Shown one piece after another: positions 44,457-54,724 of a DNA stretch of 64,000 nucleotides (its first letter is position 1; each line of letters opens with the position of its first letter). The notes below the pieces were generated by a model. That model saw nothing but the letters and a program-made list of their open reading frames with translations, did no database searches and had not been told where the DNA came from. A program made the position numbers and the translations under genes. The stretch is from Bradymonadia bacterium (GTDB lineage: Bacteria > Myxococcota_A > Bradymonadia > UBA7976 > UBA1532), in contig JBKAGE010000034.1 of NCBI GenBank assembly GCA_046290225.1, positions 256,001 through 320,000 of the forward strand, in the 5' to 3' direction.

Positions 44457-46163
44457 AGCCTCCTGCCACGCCGAGGTGAAGGCCGCCTGTCGGCCAGGAT
44501 CAGGATCATCGCGTCGCTTCGAAAAGAAGCGCCCATAAAACCAGTCGGGGAAGAACCACAGCTCCGCTTCGAGTGTGACGGCGCCCTCACCGAGGGCCTG
44601 ATGGTATCGCCACTGCCGACGCTCTCCGGGCGGAATGCGGGTGTCGGCGACGGTGCGCCATTGCCCCTTCGAGAAGCGCATCGTGCGTCCCACCGCCCAG
44701 GTCTTCTCGGTGCCCTCGACGATCTCTCCGCCTGCAGTGAGCAACCTCACCCGCAGCACACCTCTGGGCGTCGCCGTCGTCGGCCACCAGTGCCCTGCCC
44801 CCACATTGCTCACGTCGATCGTGGCATTGATGGCTCCGCCCACCTGAGATGTCGAGATCTCCACTTCTACCGATTGCGCCACCGTGGCGGGATCGTGGGC
44901 GCCGAGCCAGCGATGGTCCCCTTGAGGCATGTGACAGTGCTGGCACTGCACGCCGGCGGCCATATAGGGGCTCGCGGCCCATTCTCGCCATGTGTCCAGG
45001 AGGGGTCGTCCCTCTACGGCCACTGAGAGCGGCAGGTTGTGGCAGGGCATGCACATCTCGCTGCGGCCCATGGCGGGCACCTCACGTGGCTGCATGACGT
45101 GGGATGCCTTCCCTTCTGATGCGTTCGCGGCGATCTTGCCATCTGGGCGTAGATGGCACGCAGCGCACGTGACCCCTTCAGCCCTGAAGGCCGCCGCCCC
45201 TCCACGTCGCTCTGAAGGATCAATGGAGGACACAGGCTGTGTGGGTTGCTGATCTGCGAGCGGGCTGTGGCATCGGGTGCATTGACCGATCCAGGCCAGC
45301 GACTCGCCGATGTACTGGCCCTCCACCCCTACCCCGCCAGCAAGCCCATGTCGGCTCTGGGTCCATTGCTCATGTTGCTTGGGATGGCACCTTCCACATC
45401 GCGCCGCCAACGGTCTACGCAGGACCGGCAGATCACCGGGGCTCTCAGTGACGATGGGCGTCTTTGGCCAGAGGAAGGTCCGATGGCGGGTGGGTGTGTA
45501 CCCTTGTGGGGGCACACGCGGTGCCGTCGTGATGTGTCGTCGGTTGTGGAGAATCCATGCCGCAAGCCCCCTCCGCGTCTCCATGCTGAGGTGAGCGTAC
45601 GTCCCCATCGGACTCCCTGGGCGCCCTTCGGATATGGCCCGCACGATGGATTGGAGATCGTCACCCTTTTTCAGAGGTTGTTCAAAGAGACTGTAGAGAT
45701 CCGCCGGTGTTCCATCATCATTTTTCAAGTTTTGCTTCATCTCGTTGCCGCCTGCGTGGCACCCAACGCATCCCTGTGTCAGCCAAGCCTCCTTCCCCAG
45801 CTCCACGGCACGGCCTCTGGCGGCCTCTGAGTCGAATGGCTCTACGATGACCTCAGGGTGGGTGGCAGGCGACATCGTGGATCGACGTTGATTGATCCAC
45901 GTCACCAGTTGCTCGATCGTCTCGTCGTCGAGGTGAGCGCCAAAGGCGGGCATGCCCGTACCCGGGATCCCCCGACGAATGATGTCCGCCATCTCCCCGG
46001 TGTCTCTGGACAGCTTCAATGGTGCATCAATGAGGTTGGCCGGCTGTGGCCAGTAGAGATGCGCGGCCACCCCATCGCCTCGGCCCTCCGAGCCGTGACA
46101 TGGCGCACAACGCGTGGCCCAGGGGCTCGGCGCCGCAAGGCCGAGCACGAGCAAGAAGATCAC
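44403..46163 (-). CDS. Multiheme cytochrome c (7 CXXCH)
   Basis: CAPCH, CVGCH, CGRCH, CTRCH, CAACH, CMPCH, CQHCH. GIPGTGMP and GRPGSPMG are class I-type Met ligand motifs. Short hydrophobic leader. Confidence 0.88.
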   Translation of the reverse strand: MIFLLVLGLAAPSPWATRCAPCHGSEGRGDGVAAHLYWPQPANLIDAPLKLSRDTGEMADIIRRGIPGTGMPAFGAHLDDETIEQLVTWINQRRSTMSPATHPEVIVEPFDSEAARGRAVELGKEAWLTQGCVGCHAGGNEMKQNLKNDDGTPADLYSLFEQPLKKGDDLQSIVRAISEGRPGSPMGTYAHLSMETRRGLAAWILHNRRHITTAPRVPPQGYTPTRHRTFLWPKTPIVTESPGDLPVLRRPLAARCGRCHPKQHEQWTQSRHGLAGGVGVEGQYIGESLAWIGQCTRCHSPLADQQPTQPVSSIDPSERRGGAAAFRAEGVTCAACHLRPDGKIAANASEGKASHVMQPREVPAMGRSEMCMPCHNLPLSVAVEGRPLLDTWREWAASPYMAAGVQCQHCHMPQGDHRWLGAHDPATVAQSVEVEISTSQVGGAINATIDVSNVGAGHWWPTTATPRGVLRVRLLTAGGEIVEGTEKTWAVGRTMRFSKGQWRTVADTRIPPGERRQWRYHQALGEGAVTLEAELWFFPDWFYGRFFSKRRDDPDPGRQAAFTSAWQEASGRRFRIVHRRLSILEL

Positions 46164-47140
46164 GTCGATTCGAGCAGAGCGTCGAGTTCAGGTCGGTACA
46201 CAGTCACTCGGTCTCGTCCGCCGGCTTTGGACGCATACAGGGCGAGATCTGCGCGCTTGAGGATGGTCTCCAGATCGCGACAGGCACCCTTGGCACCGCC
46301 AGCCACCCCCATACTCAAGGTGATGTAGACCTCATTCTGGCCCATCCGGAAGGCGGTCATGGCCACCAGCCCGCGCAAGCGCTCGGCCACCTCTGCGGCC
46401 TCCGACTCTGTGGAGCCGGGCAATGCGATGACGAACTCGTCACCACCGTACCGACACAGAATGTCGATCTCCCTGAGGTTGGCGACGAGGATGCGGGCCA
46501 CCTCTTTGATGACGTAGCTGCCCATGGCGTGGCCACAGGAGTCGTTCACCTTTTTGAAGTGATCGCAGTCGAAGAAGATGACCGAGACAGGGATGTCGAA
46601 CCGCTCGATGCGCTCAAGCTCGACAGAGAGCCGACGCTTGAATTCCCGCTGGTTGCACAGCCCGGTGAGATCATCACTCACCGAGAGGGCGTGCAGGCGG
46701 CGATTGGCAGCGAGGACTTCGTCCTGAAGCCTCTTCATACGCCACATGACCTCGAGGCGGAGCGCCAGCTCGAACAGCTCGAACGGACGAATCAGGAAGT
46801 CGTCGGCCCCCTGCTGAAATGCCTTGATGATGTGGCCGGCGATCTTCTCCGGGAACAGAGCCACCACGGGCACGAACCGATCCTCGGGGATCATCTGCTT
46901 GATGCGGGTGAGATCGTCGAGGGGATCCACCATGTCTTCGGAGGCGACATCGATGGCCACCAGCTGAGGCTCGCTGCGGGTGATGGCCCGCCAGAGTGAC
47001 GGGCCAGGGGTGGCGGTGGCCACACTGTAGTTACGGGCACCGAGGGCGGCGCTCAGATGGCCGAGGACTTCGAGATCACGCCCGACGAGCAAGAGCCGAC
47101 GTTGAGGCAGACCCTGGTCATCACCTGAGGGGGCGCTCAC
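46160..47140 (-). CDS. Diguanylate cyclase with degenerate receiver domain
   Basis: DDLTGL, DCDHFKKVNDSCGH, REID I-site, RYGGDEF, ADLALYASK. The N-terminal part is REC-like (GADDFLIRPF). Confidence 0.92.
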   Translation of the reverse strand: MSAPSGDDQGLPQRRLLLVGRDLEVLGHLSAALGARNYSVATATPGPSLWRAITRSEPQLVAIDVASEDMVDPLDDLTRIKQMIPEDRFVPVVALFPEKIAGHIIKAFQQGADDFLIRPFELFELALRLEVMWRMKRLQDEVLAANRRLHALSVSDDLTGLCNQREFKRRLSVELERIERFDIPVSVIFFDCDHFKKVNDSCGHAMGSYVIKEVARILVANLREIDILCRYGGDEFVIALPGSTESEAAEVAERLRGLVAMTAFRMGQNEVYITLSMGVAGGAKGACRDLETILKRADLALYASKAGGRDRVTVYRPELDALLEST

Positions 47141-47147
47141 CGCCCCC

Positions 47148-49829
47148 TCACTCGAAGCTCTTGCAGCAACGGAAGCCCACAGTGCTCGAGCTGCTGCCCC
47201 CGCCGCGGCGCTCGCTCCCGTTGCAGGAGACGTCCTCGTCCGCGTCGGCGGAGGTGCCCCCTCGGACGCGCTGATCGCTGGTCCACTCGGCGACGTTGCC
47301 GCTCATGTCATATACCCCGAAGCCGCTCCGACACTTCTTGAAGCGCCCACTGCTCGTCACCGAGCGCTCTTCTTCATCGTCATCTTCGGTGTTGCAGCGG
47401 TTGGGGTTGAAGCTTCCGCCGTAAGGGTAGGCTCGCCCGGCGCCACAGGCCCGCTTCCACTCGGAGCCAGAGCACAGACGCTTGCCCTTGGAGGCGCACA
47501 TGCCCTTCGCCGCCGCAAAGGTGACGCGGGTCTTGGGGCGACCGCTGCCGGGATACTCATAGGTGTCTACGCAGAACGCCTTGCCGGACTTCGCCGCCGA
47601 CACGGCTTCGGTGCCCTTGATGACCCCGCGCTTCAGGGCCTTCTTCGGGAATCCGCCGAGGGTGACCACCTTCATCTCGCTCGGGCACTGCAGGGTGTCG
47701 TCGGTGTTCGCCGGAGCGGGCTTGTCCTCTTCTGCGGGGCTGGGCTTCTCCTCAGCCACAGCACGCCTGGCAGGTGCAGGCTCTTCCTTCGGCGCAGGCT
47801 TTTCCACCACGGGGGCCTTCGCCACGGGCGCCTTGGCAACAGGCTCCTCTTTCGGTGCCGGCTTCGGCGTCTCCACCGGATCCTGCTTGGGGGGCTCCTC
47901 TTTCACCGTGGAAGGCTTCGGCGCACGCCGTGTGGGGCTCGCCGGTCGCACGGTGGCAGCCACAGCATCCGGGGCTTCTTTCGAAGGTGCTACTTGAGGG
48001 GCTGCGGCGATCGGCTCGGGCTTTGCGGGCTCAGGTACGGCAACCGGCTCCGGCGCGACGGGCTCGGGCTTGACGGGCTCGGGCTGGGGAGGCTCCACAG
48101 CGACCACCGTCGGTGCAGCATCTGGGGTGTTCTCCGCCACCGTGGCGGCATCAGGGGTGGCGACCGCGACAGTGCCAGCATCGGCCACCACTGCGGGTTG
48201 AGGCACCACGGTCGGCGCCTCAGGCGTCGCCTTGCTCGGAGGATCAGTCAGCGTCTTTCGCACGACTGTGTCAGGATCATCGCCGATGGTCACCACCTGA
48301 GCGGCAGGGGCATCTGTAGAGGTGAGGCTGCGGATCAACCACCAGGCACCACCACCGACAACACCGACGACCATGAGCACGATGAGGCTGAAGCCCACGG
48401 TGGATTCGAGCAACCACGGCAAGGGGCGCTCCACCCCCCGAGCTGGTGTCACCTCAGTGGACGCGCTCCGACCTGTGGCTGCCCCCTCTGCAGGCACCAC
48501 CGCAGCAGGCTCGAGATCGAGCTCTGGAGGCGGGGCAAGATCGACATTGGCCATCATCGGGCCTGCGGCGGGCGCGTCGACCATGGGTGTACCCATGGAC
48601 GCGTCAGAACTTTCGATGAGGGCGTCGAGCTCCTCGCCGCCGAGCTCTTCGATGAAGGACTCTTCCGCCTCGGCCATGGGCGCCGGGCTGCCCGCTCGAG
48701 CAGCACTCGCCGCCACGAGGCCTGCCGCCTGCGCCATGCCCAGATGCGTGCTCTTGATGTCTGCAGGCTCGTCCACGACGTCGTGGCGCATGCGCACCTT
48801 GCGGGTCACCTCTTCAGGGAGCAGCTCTTCCACCGCCTCGATGTCCACGGAGCTGAGCTCCACGGCATCGACAAGCGTACCCAGAGACTCCGCGAAGGCC
48901 TCGACATCACCGAAGCGCTTCGTCGGATCAGGGTCACACGCCTGCTTGATGAGGGCCTCGAGGGCGTCGACGTCGCCTTCGATCTCGTCGGCGAAGTCGG
49001 TCATGGGTGGCGCATCAGGTGCGTATACCTGACCCGTGAGCAGCTCATAGAGCAGCGCGCCGAGGCTGAAGATGTCCGCCCGGGTATCTACAGAGCGGCC
49101 CTCCAAAATCTCCGGCGCGAGGTAGGCGTCCACCTTGGCTTCGCGCTGCGCCTGGGCAAAGACAGCGCGGGGCAACGCCTCGTACATGGCGAAGTCGGTG
49201 AGCTTGAGCACGTCGGGCAGGATCAGCACATTCTCAGGCTTGAGATCGCCGTGGGCGGTATGGCGATGGGCATGACCGAGGGCGAGGCAAATCTGGCCGA
49301 GGATGGGCTCCGCCTCGAACAGCCGGAACCGCTGCCCCTTCTCTCGCCTCAGCCCCATGACCTTGCGCAGCGTGAGGCCTTCGAGCAGCTGCATGGTGAA
49401 CATATGCTGCCCATCGACGATGAGCTCATCGTACAGCCGCACGATGTTCTGTTGAGACAGCTTGCGCGCCTTGCGCACCGCACGGCAGAGCTCTTCCACC
49501 TCGGCAGCCTCGAGGTCTTCCACCAGGCTGCGGTGGATCACCTTGAGGGCGACGTCTTCTTCGATCTCCTGATCATGGACGCGATACACCACCCCCAGGG
49601 GGCCGGTGCCCACCAGATCTTTGATCTCGTAGCGCGCGTTGATGACCTCGCCGATGGGAAACTGAAGGGATTCAGCCGCCTGGCGGGCACGAAGCTTACG
49701 CTTCTCCAACGCCTTGAACGAGGTGGTGGTGGCGGTGAAGGTCTTTCGACCGCCCATGAAACGCTGGCCGCAGTTGGGGCACTCAGGGGTGCCATCTGCG
49801 ACGTCGGTGCCGCACCGGAAACAAATCAC
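47148..49829 (-). CDS. Membrane Ser/Thr kinase-like protein: zinc ribbon, kinase domain, TM, FGE-sulfatase (SUMF1-like) domain
   Basis: CFRC/CPNC, GTGPLG, VALK, HGDLKPEN, DFA, YLAPE, ADIFSLG. A TM helix, a Pro/Ala linker, then YDMSGNVAEW…RGG…GFRCC. Confidence 0.88.
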   Translation of the reverse strand: MICFRCGTDVADGTPECPNCGQRFMGGRKTFTATTTSFKALEKRKLRARQAAESLQFPIGEVINARYEIKDLVGTGPLGVVYRVHDQEIEEDVALKVIHRSLVEDLEAAEVEELCRAVRKARKLSQQNIVRLYDELIVDGQHMFTMQLLEGLTLRKVMGLRREKGQRFRLFEAEPILGQICLALGHAHRHTAHGDLKPENVLILPDVLKLTDFAMYEALPRAVFAQAQREAKVDAYLAPEILEGRSVDTRADIFSLGALLYELLTGQVYAPDAPPMTDFADEIEGDVDALEALIKQACDPDPTKRFGDVEAFAESLGTLVDAVELSSVDIEAVEELLPEEVTRKVRMRHDVVDEPADIKSTHLGMAQAAGLVAASAARAGSPAPMAEAEESFIEELGGEELDALIESSDASMGTPMVDAPAAGPMMANVDLAPPPELDLEPAAVVPAEGAATGRSASTEVTPARGVERPLPWLLESTVGFSLIVLMVVGVVGGGAWWLIRSLTSTDAPAAQVVTIGDDPDTVVRKTLTDPPSKATPEAPTVVPQPAVVADAGTVAVATPDAATVAENTPDAAPTVVAVEPPQPEPVKPEPVAPEPVAVPEPAKPEPIAAAPQVAPSKEAPDAVAATVRPASPTRRAPKPSTVKEEPPKQDPVETPKPAPKEEPVAKAPVAKAPVVEKPAPKEEPAPARRAVAEEKPSPAEEDKPAPANTDDTLQCPSEMKVVTLGGFPKKALKRGVIKGTEAVSAAKSGKAFCVDTYEYPGSGRPKTRVTFAAAKGMCASKGKRLCSGSEWKRACGAGRAYPYGGSFNPNRCNTEDDDEEERSVTSSGRFKKCRSGFGVYDMSGNVAEWTSDQRVRGGTSADADEDVSCNGSERRGGGSSSSTVGFRCCKSFE

Positions 49830-49919
49830 CGACCATGCCTCCGAGATTCGGGAGAATTCGTGGCTTATTAGCAGAGTAGAGCGTCGACCATCAAGGGCGA
49901 CCCATTGCCCATACTACGG

Positions 49920-50384
49920 TCACTGGCGGCCAGTGTGTCCGAAACCCCCTGCCCCTCTGTCGGTGGCGTCGAGGGTCTCCACGGCCACTGAGGTCACCGC
50001 GCCGACGGCGGTGACCACGAGCTGGGCGATTCGATCGCCGCGGACGAGGGTGATCGGCGCATCCCCGTGGTTCACGAGGAGCACCTCCACAGGGCCGCGA
50101 TAGTCGGCATCCAGGGTGCCCGGTGAGTTGAGGCACGTGAGCCCCATACGCCAGGCATTGCCCGAGCGCGGCCGGATCTGCCCCTCGGTGCCTTGGGGCA
50201 AGGCCATGGCCCAGCCCGTAGGCACGCGAACACGCTCGCCGGGCCCCAGAGTCAGGGGCGCCCGCAGGGCAGCACGTAGATCGATGCCCGCGGCACCAGC
50301 GCTCTGGGCAGAAGGCAACGGAATGGGGTGGGGATCAGCGCCGGCGGGCAATCGCCGGCACTGGAGGGTGAGGGTGTCGCTCAA
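49920..50384 (-). CDS. dut: dUTP diphosphatase
   Basis: [42 protein letters not shown]. Confidence 0.96.
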   Translation of the reverse strand: MSDTLTLQCRRLPAGADPHPIPLPSAQSAGAAGIDLRAALRAPLTLGPGERVRVPTGWAMALPQGTEGQIRPRSGNAWRMGLTCLNSPGTLDADYRGPVEVLLVNHGDAPITLVRGDRIAQLVVTAVGAVTSVAVETLDATDRGAGGFGHTGRQ

Positions 50385-50390
50385 GGCAGA

Positions 50391-52502
<2,112 letters not shown>

Positions 52503-52897
52503 GCGTTCGCTCCTCAATGTGCCTCGGACTTCAGTGAAACGATCCGAGACGAGTGGGTGGGTACACAGAGGTGCCACCTGCGTGAGGGCGATCTCGCGGC
52601 GGGACAAGACCAGACGAGTGCGACAGCCTGGTCCCTGATCCCACAGGCCCGCGCTCAACTGCGCGGGCCGGTCGGATCAAGGGCAAAGTCGGCCGCCTTC
52701 GCCGCGTGCTCTCGTTCCGCTGTCGATCACGACAACGACTTCAGGTGGGCCCCCTTGGGCCCCATTTTCATCATGCGCCCCCGTGGGCGCACAGCTGACA
52801 GTCACAGGTCTTCGCCGGCCCGAGGGAATGCTCCAGGAAAGCGACGCTGGGCAACATCTCGAACAGGCGATGACTTCGCCCTCTCTGGGGCGAGAAT

Positions 52898-52922
52898 AAA
52901 AAAAGGAGCCCGGAGGCTCCTT
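52898..52922 (-). terminator. Rho-independent terminator after rpsO
   Basis: Minus strand AAGGAGCC-TCCG-GGCTCCTT followed by a T-tract. Confidence 0.85.
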
Positions 52923-52933
52923 GTACGCTGACC

Positions 52934-53203
52934 TTACTTACGCAGGCCGAGCTCTTTGATCAGCACGCGGTAGCGCTCGACGTCCTTACCCTTGAGGTAG
53001 TCGAGCATACGGCGACGCTGGCCCACGAGCTTGAGCAGACCCCGGCGGGAGTGATGGTCGTGCTTGTGGGACTTGAAGTGCGCGGTGAGATCGTTGATGC
53101 GCTGGGTCATGAGCGCCACCTGCACCTCGGGGGAGCCGGTGTCGTTCTCGTCCCGCTTGAAGCGGCTGATGATCTCGGCCTTCATATCGCGATCGAGCGG
53201 CAT
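52934..53203 (-). CDS. rpsO: 30S ribosomal protein S15
   Basis: [37 protein letters not shown]. Confidence 0.98.
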   Translation of the reverse strand: MPLDRDMKAEIISRFKRDENDTGSPEVQVALMTQRINDLTAHFKSHKHDHHSRRGLLKLVGQRRRMLDYLKGKDVERYRVLIKELGLRK

Positions 53204-53290
53204 AATTTACTCCGTTTCATCTGATGTCACCTTCTCGAGGTGACGGGTTGATGGACCGGGCCGTCGTCCAGTCCATCATGTGTTTGCGGG
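53204..53290 (-). promoter_or_regulatory. Structured rpsO 5' leader (candidate S15 autoregulatory element)
   Basis: Two adjacent hairpins just upstream of the RBS: 53249-53278 (TGATGGACTGG/CCGGTCCATCA) and 53226-53244 (GTCACCT/AGGTGAC). Confidence 0.5.
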
Positions 53291-53320
53291 CCGGTTGGTA
53301 ATCCAATCGACCCCCTGATG

Positions 53321-54271
53321 TCAAGGTTCCCGTGGAGTTTCGGCGACGGTCGCCGGCGCGACCACAGGCAGAGTGAAGCCTCGAACCACCTTCGCGCGGC
53401 CGCTGGCCTCCACGTCGAGCAGCGCTCTGAGACGCCCATCGCCATCGAGCCCTCTGGCCCGGCCTTCGGCGACGCCGCTGACCTGAGTGGGGCGGCCATG
53501 GGCGACGTCATCGAGGGCGCGCCCCTGCAGCTGAACAGTGGGCAGCTCCACAGTGGCGTCGGTGAGGGAGAGCATCTTCACCCCTTCGAGGCCGACCTCC
53601 TGGAGTGTTTCGAGGGGCATGGCATCTACCACAGACCACGGCCCCACGAGGGTGCGCCGCAGGGCGGTCAGATGCGCACCGACGCCCAATGCCTGCCCCA
53701 CGTCGTGGGCGATGCTGCGGATGTAGGTGCCCTTGCTGCACTCGATGAACAGATTGAAGCTGTCGCCCGTGTGACCCCGCATCTCCAGGGTGTGCACGGT
53801 GACCGTCCGCACTGGCGCCTCCACGGCCTCACCCGCTCGGGCCAGCGCGTGCAGACGCTGGCCGTCGACTTTGATGGCCGAGAACGCTGGCGGACGCTGG
53901 TCGATGGTGCCTCGAAAAGCCTTGAGAGCCTCTTCGATGTCCGTGGTGGAGATGGCTTCCACCTGAGCATCCTCAGCTCGGGCGGTGATTTCACCTTCAG
54001 CGTCGTAGGTGTTGGTCTGCTCACCGAGTTTTACTGTGGCCTCATAGGCCTTGCTCTGCCCAGTGAGCATCTGCACCAGCTTGGTCCCCTGCCCCAAACA
54101 CACCACCATCAAACCGGTGGCCATGGGATCGAGGGTACCAGTGTGGCCTGCCTTGTTGGCGTTGAGGGCACGACGCACACGCTCGGTGAGAGAGAAGCTG
54201 GTGAGGCCCTTGGGCTTGTCCACCAGCAACACCCCGTCGATGTCGAGGCCCTTCTTCCTACGACGACCCAC
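53321..54271 (-). CDS. truB: tRNA pseudouridine(55) synthase
   Basis: DKPKGLTS, GHTGTLDPMATG, PPAFSAIKVDG, CSKGTYIRS. Confidence 0.97.
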   Translation of the reverse strand: MGRRRKKGLDIDGVLLVDKPKGLTSFSLTERVRRALNANKAGHTGTLDPMATGLMVVCLGQGTKLVQMLTGQSKAYEATVKLGEQTNTYDAEGEITARAEDAQVEAISTTDIEEALKAFRGTIDQRPPAFSAIKVDGQRLHALARAGEAVEAPVRTVTVHTLEMRGHTGDSFNLFIECSKGTYIRSIAHDVGQALGVGAHLTALRRTLVGPWSVVDAMPLETLQEVGLEGVKMLSLTDATVELPTVQLQGRALDDVAHGRPTQVSGVAEGRARGLDGDGRLRALLDVEASGRAKVVRGFTLPVVAPATVAETPREP

Positions 54272-54274
54272 CGA

Positions 54275-54724
54275 TCAGGACTCGCTGTCGTCTGGGATGT
54301 CGGTTACAGCGCCTTCGGACTCGGCAGAGGACTGTGCCTCAGAGATCTTTGACTCTGAGGCCACCTCGGCGTCGTGCTGTTTGATCTCGGCAAGCGCCCG
54401 ATCAATACGGGCGCCATAGTCGAGGGAGGGGTCGTATTTGAAGATCAAGGTGGGGGTGGTGCGCATCTGCACCCGCTGACCGAGCAGCCGGCGCAGATAA
54501 CCACTGGCACGCTCCAGGCCTCTCCTGGCCCGAGCCACGCGGGCCTCGTCTCCTTCAGTGACGAAGAAGACTTTGGCCTCACGCAGATCGCCGGTGATCT
54601 CCACATCGGTGATGGTGACACCCTTCACCGCGGGATCTTTGATCTCCAGGGTGACCGCCGTGGCGATGACCTCTCGAAGGAGAGAGGCCACCCGGCTGGT
54701 GCGATCGAACTGACGACGACTCAT
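54275..54724 (-). CDS. rbfA: Ribosome-binding factor A
   Basis: EIKDP, TITDVEITGDLREAKVF, TPTLIFKYD. Directly follows infB. Confidence 0.95.
   Translation of the reverse strand: MSRRQFDRTSRVASLLREVIATAVTLEIKDPAVKGVTITDVEITGDLREAKVFFVTEGDEARVARARRGLERASGYLRRLLGQRVQMRTTPTLIFKYDPSLDYGARIDRALAEIKQHDAEVASESKISEAQSSAESEGAVTDIPDDSES

Noticed and set aside
47148..47700. FGE-type domain as a diversity-generating retroelement target
   Set aside because: No reverse transcriptase and no template/variable repeat pair seen in the window.
52503..52658. N-terminal extensions in the ORF track for pnp (also nusA, the TatT gene, dctP, moaA and the 24349..25821 ORF)
   Set aside because: Downstream starts have better RBS and/or match family N-termini or signal peptides.
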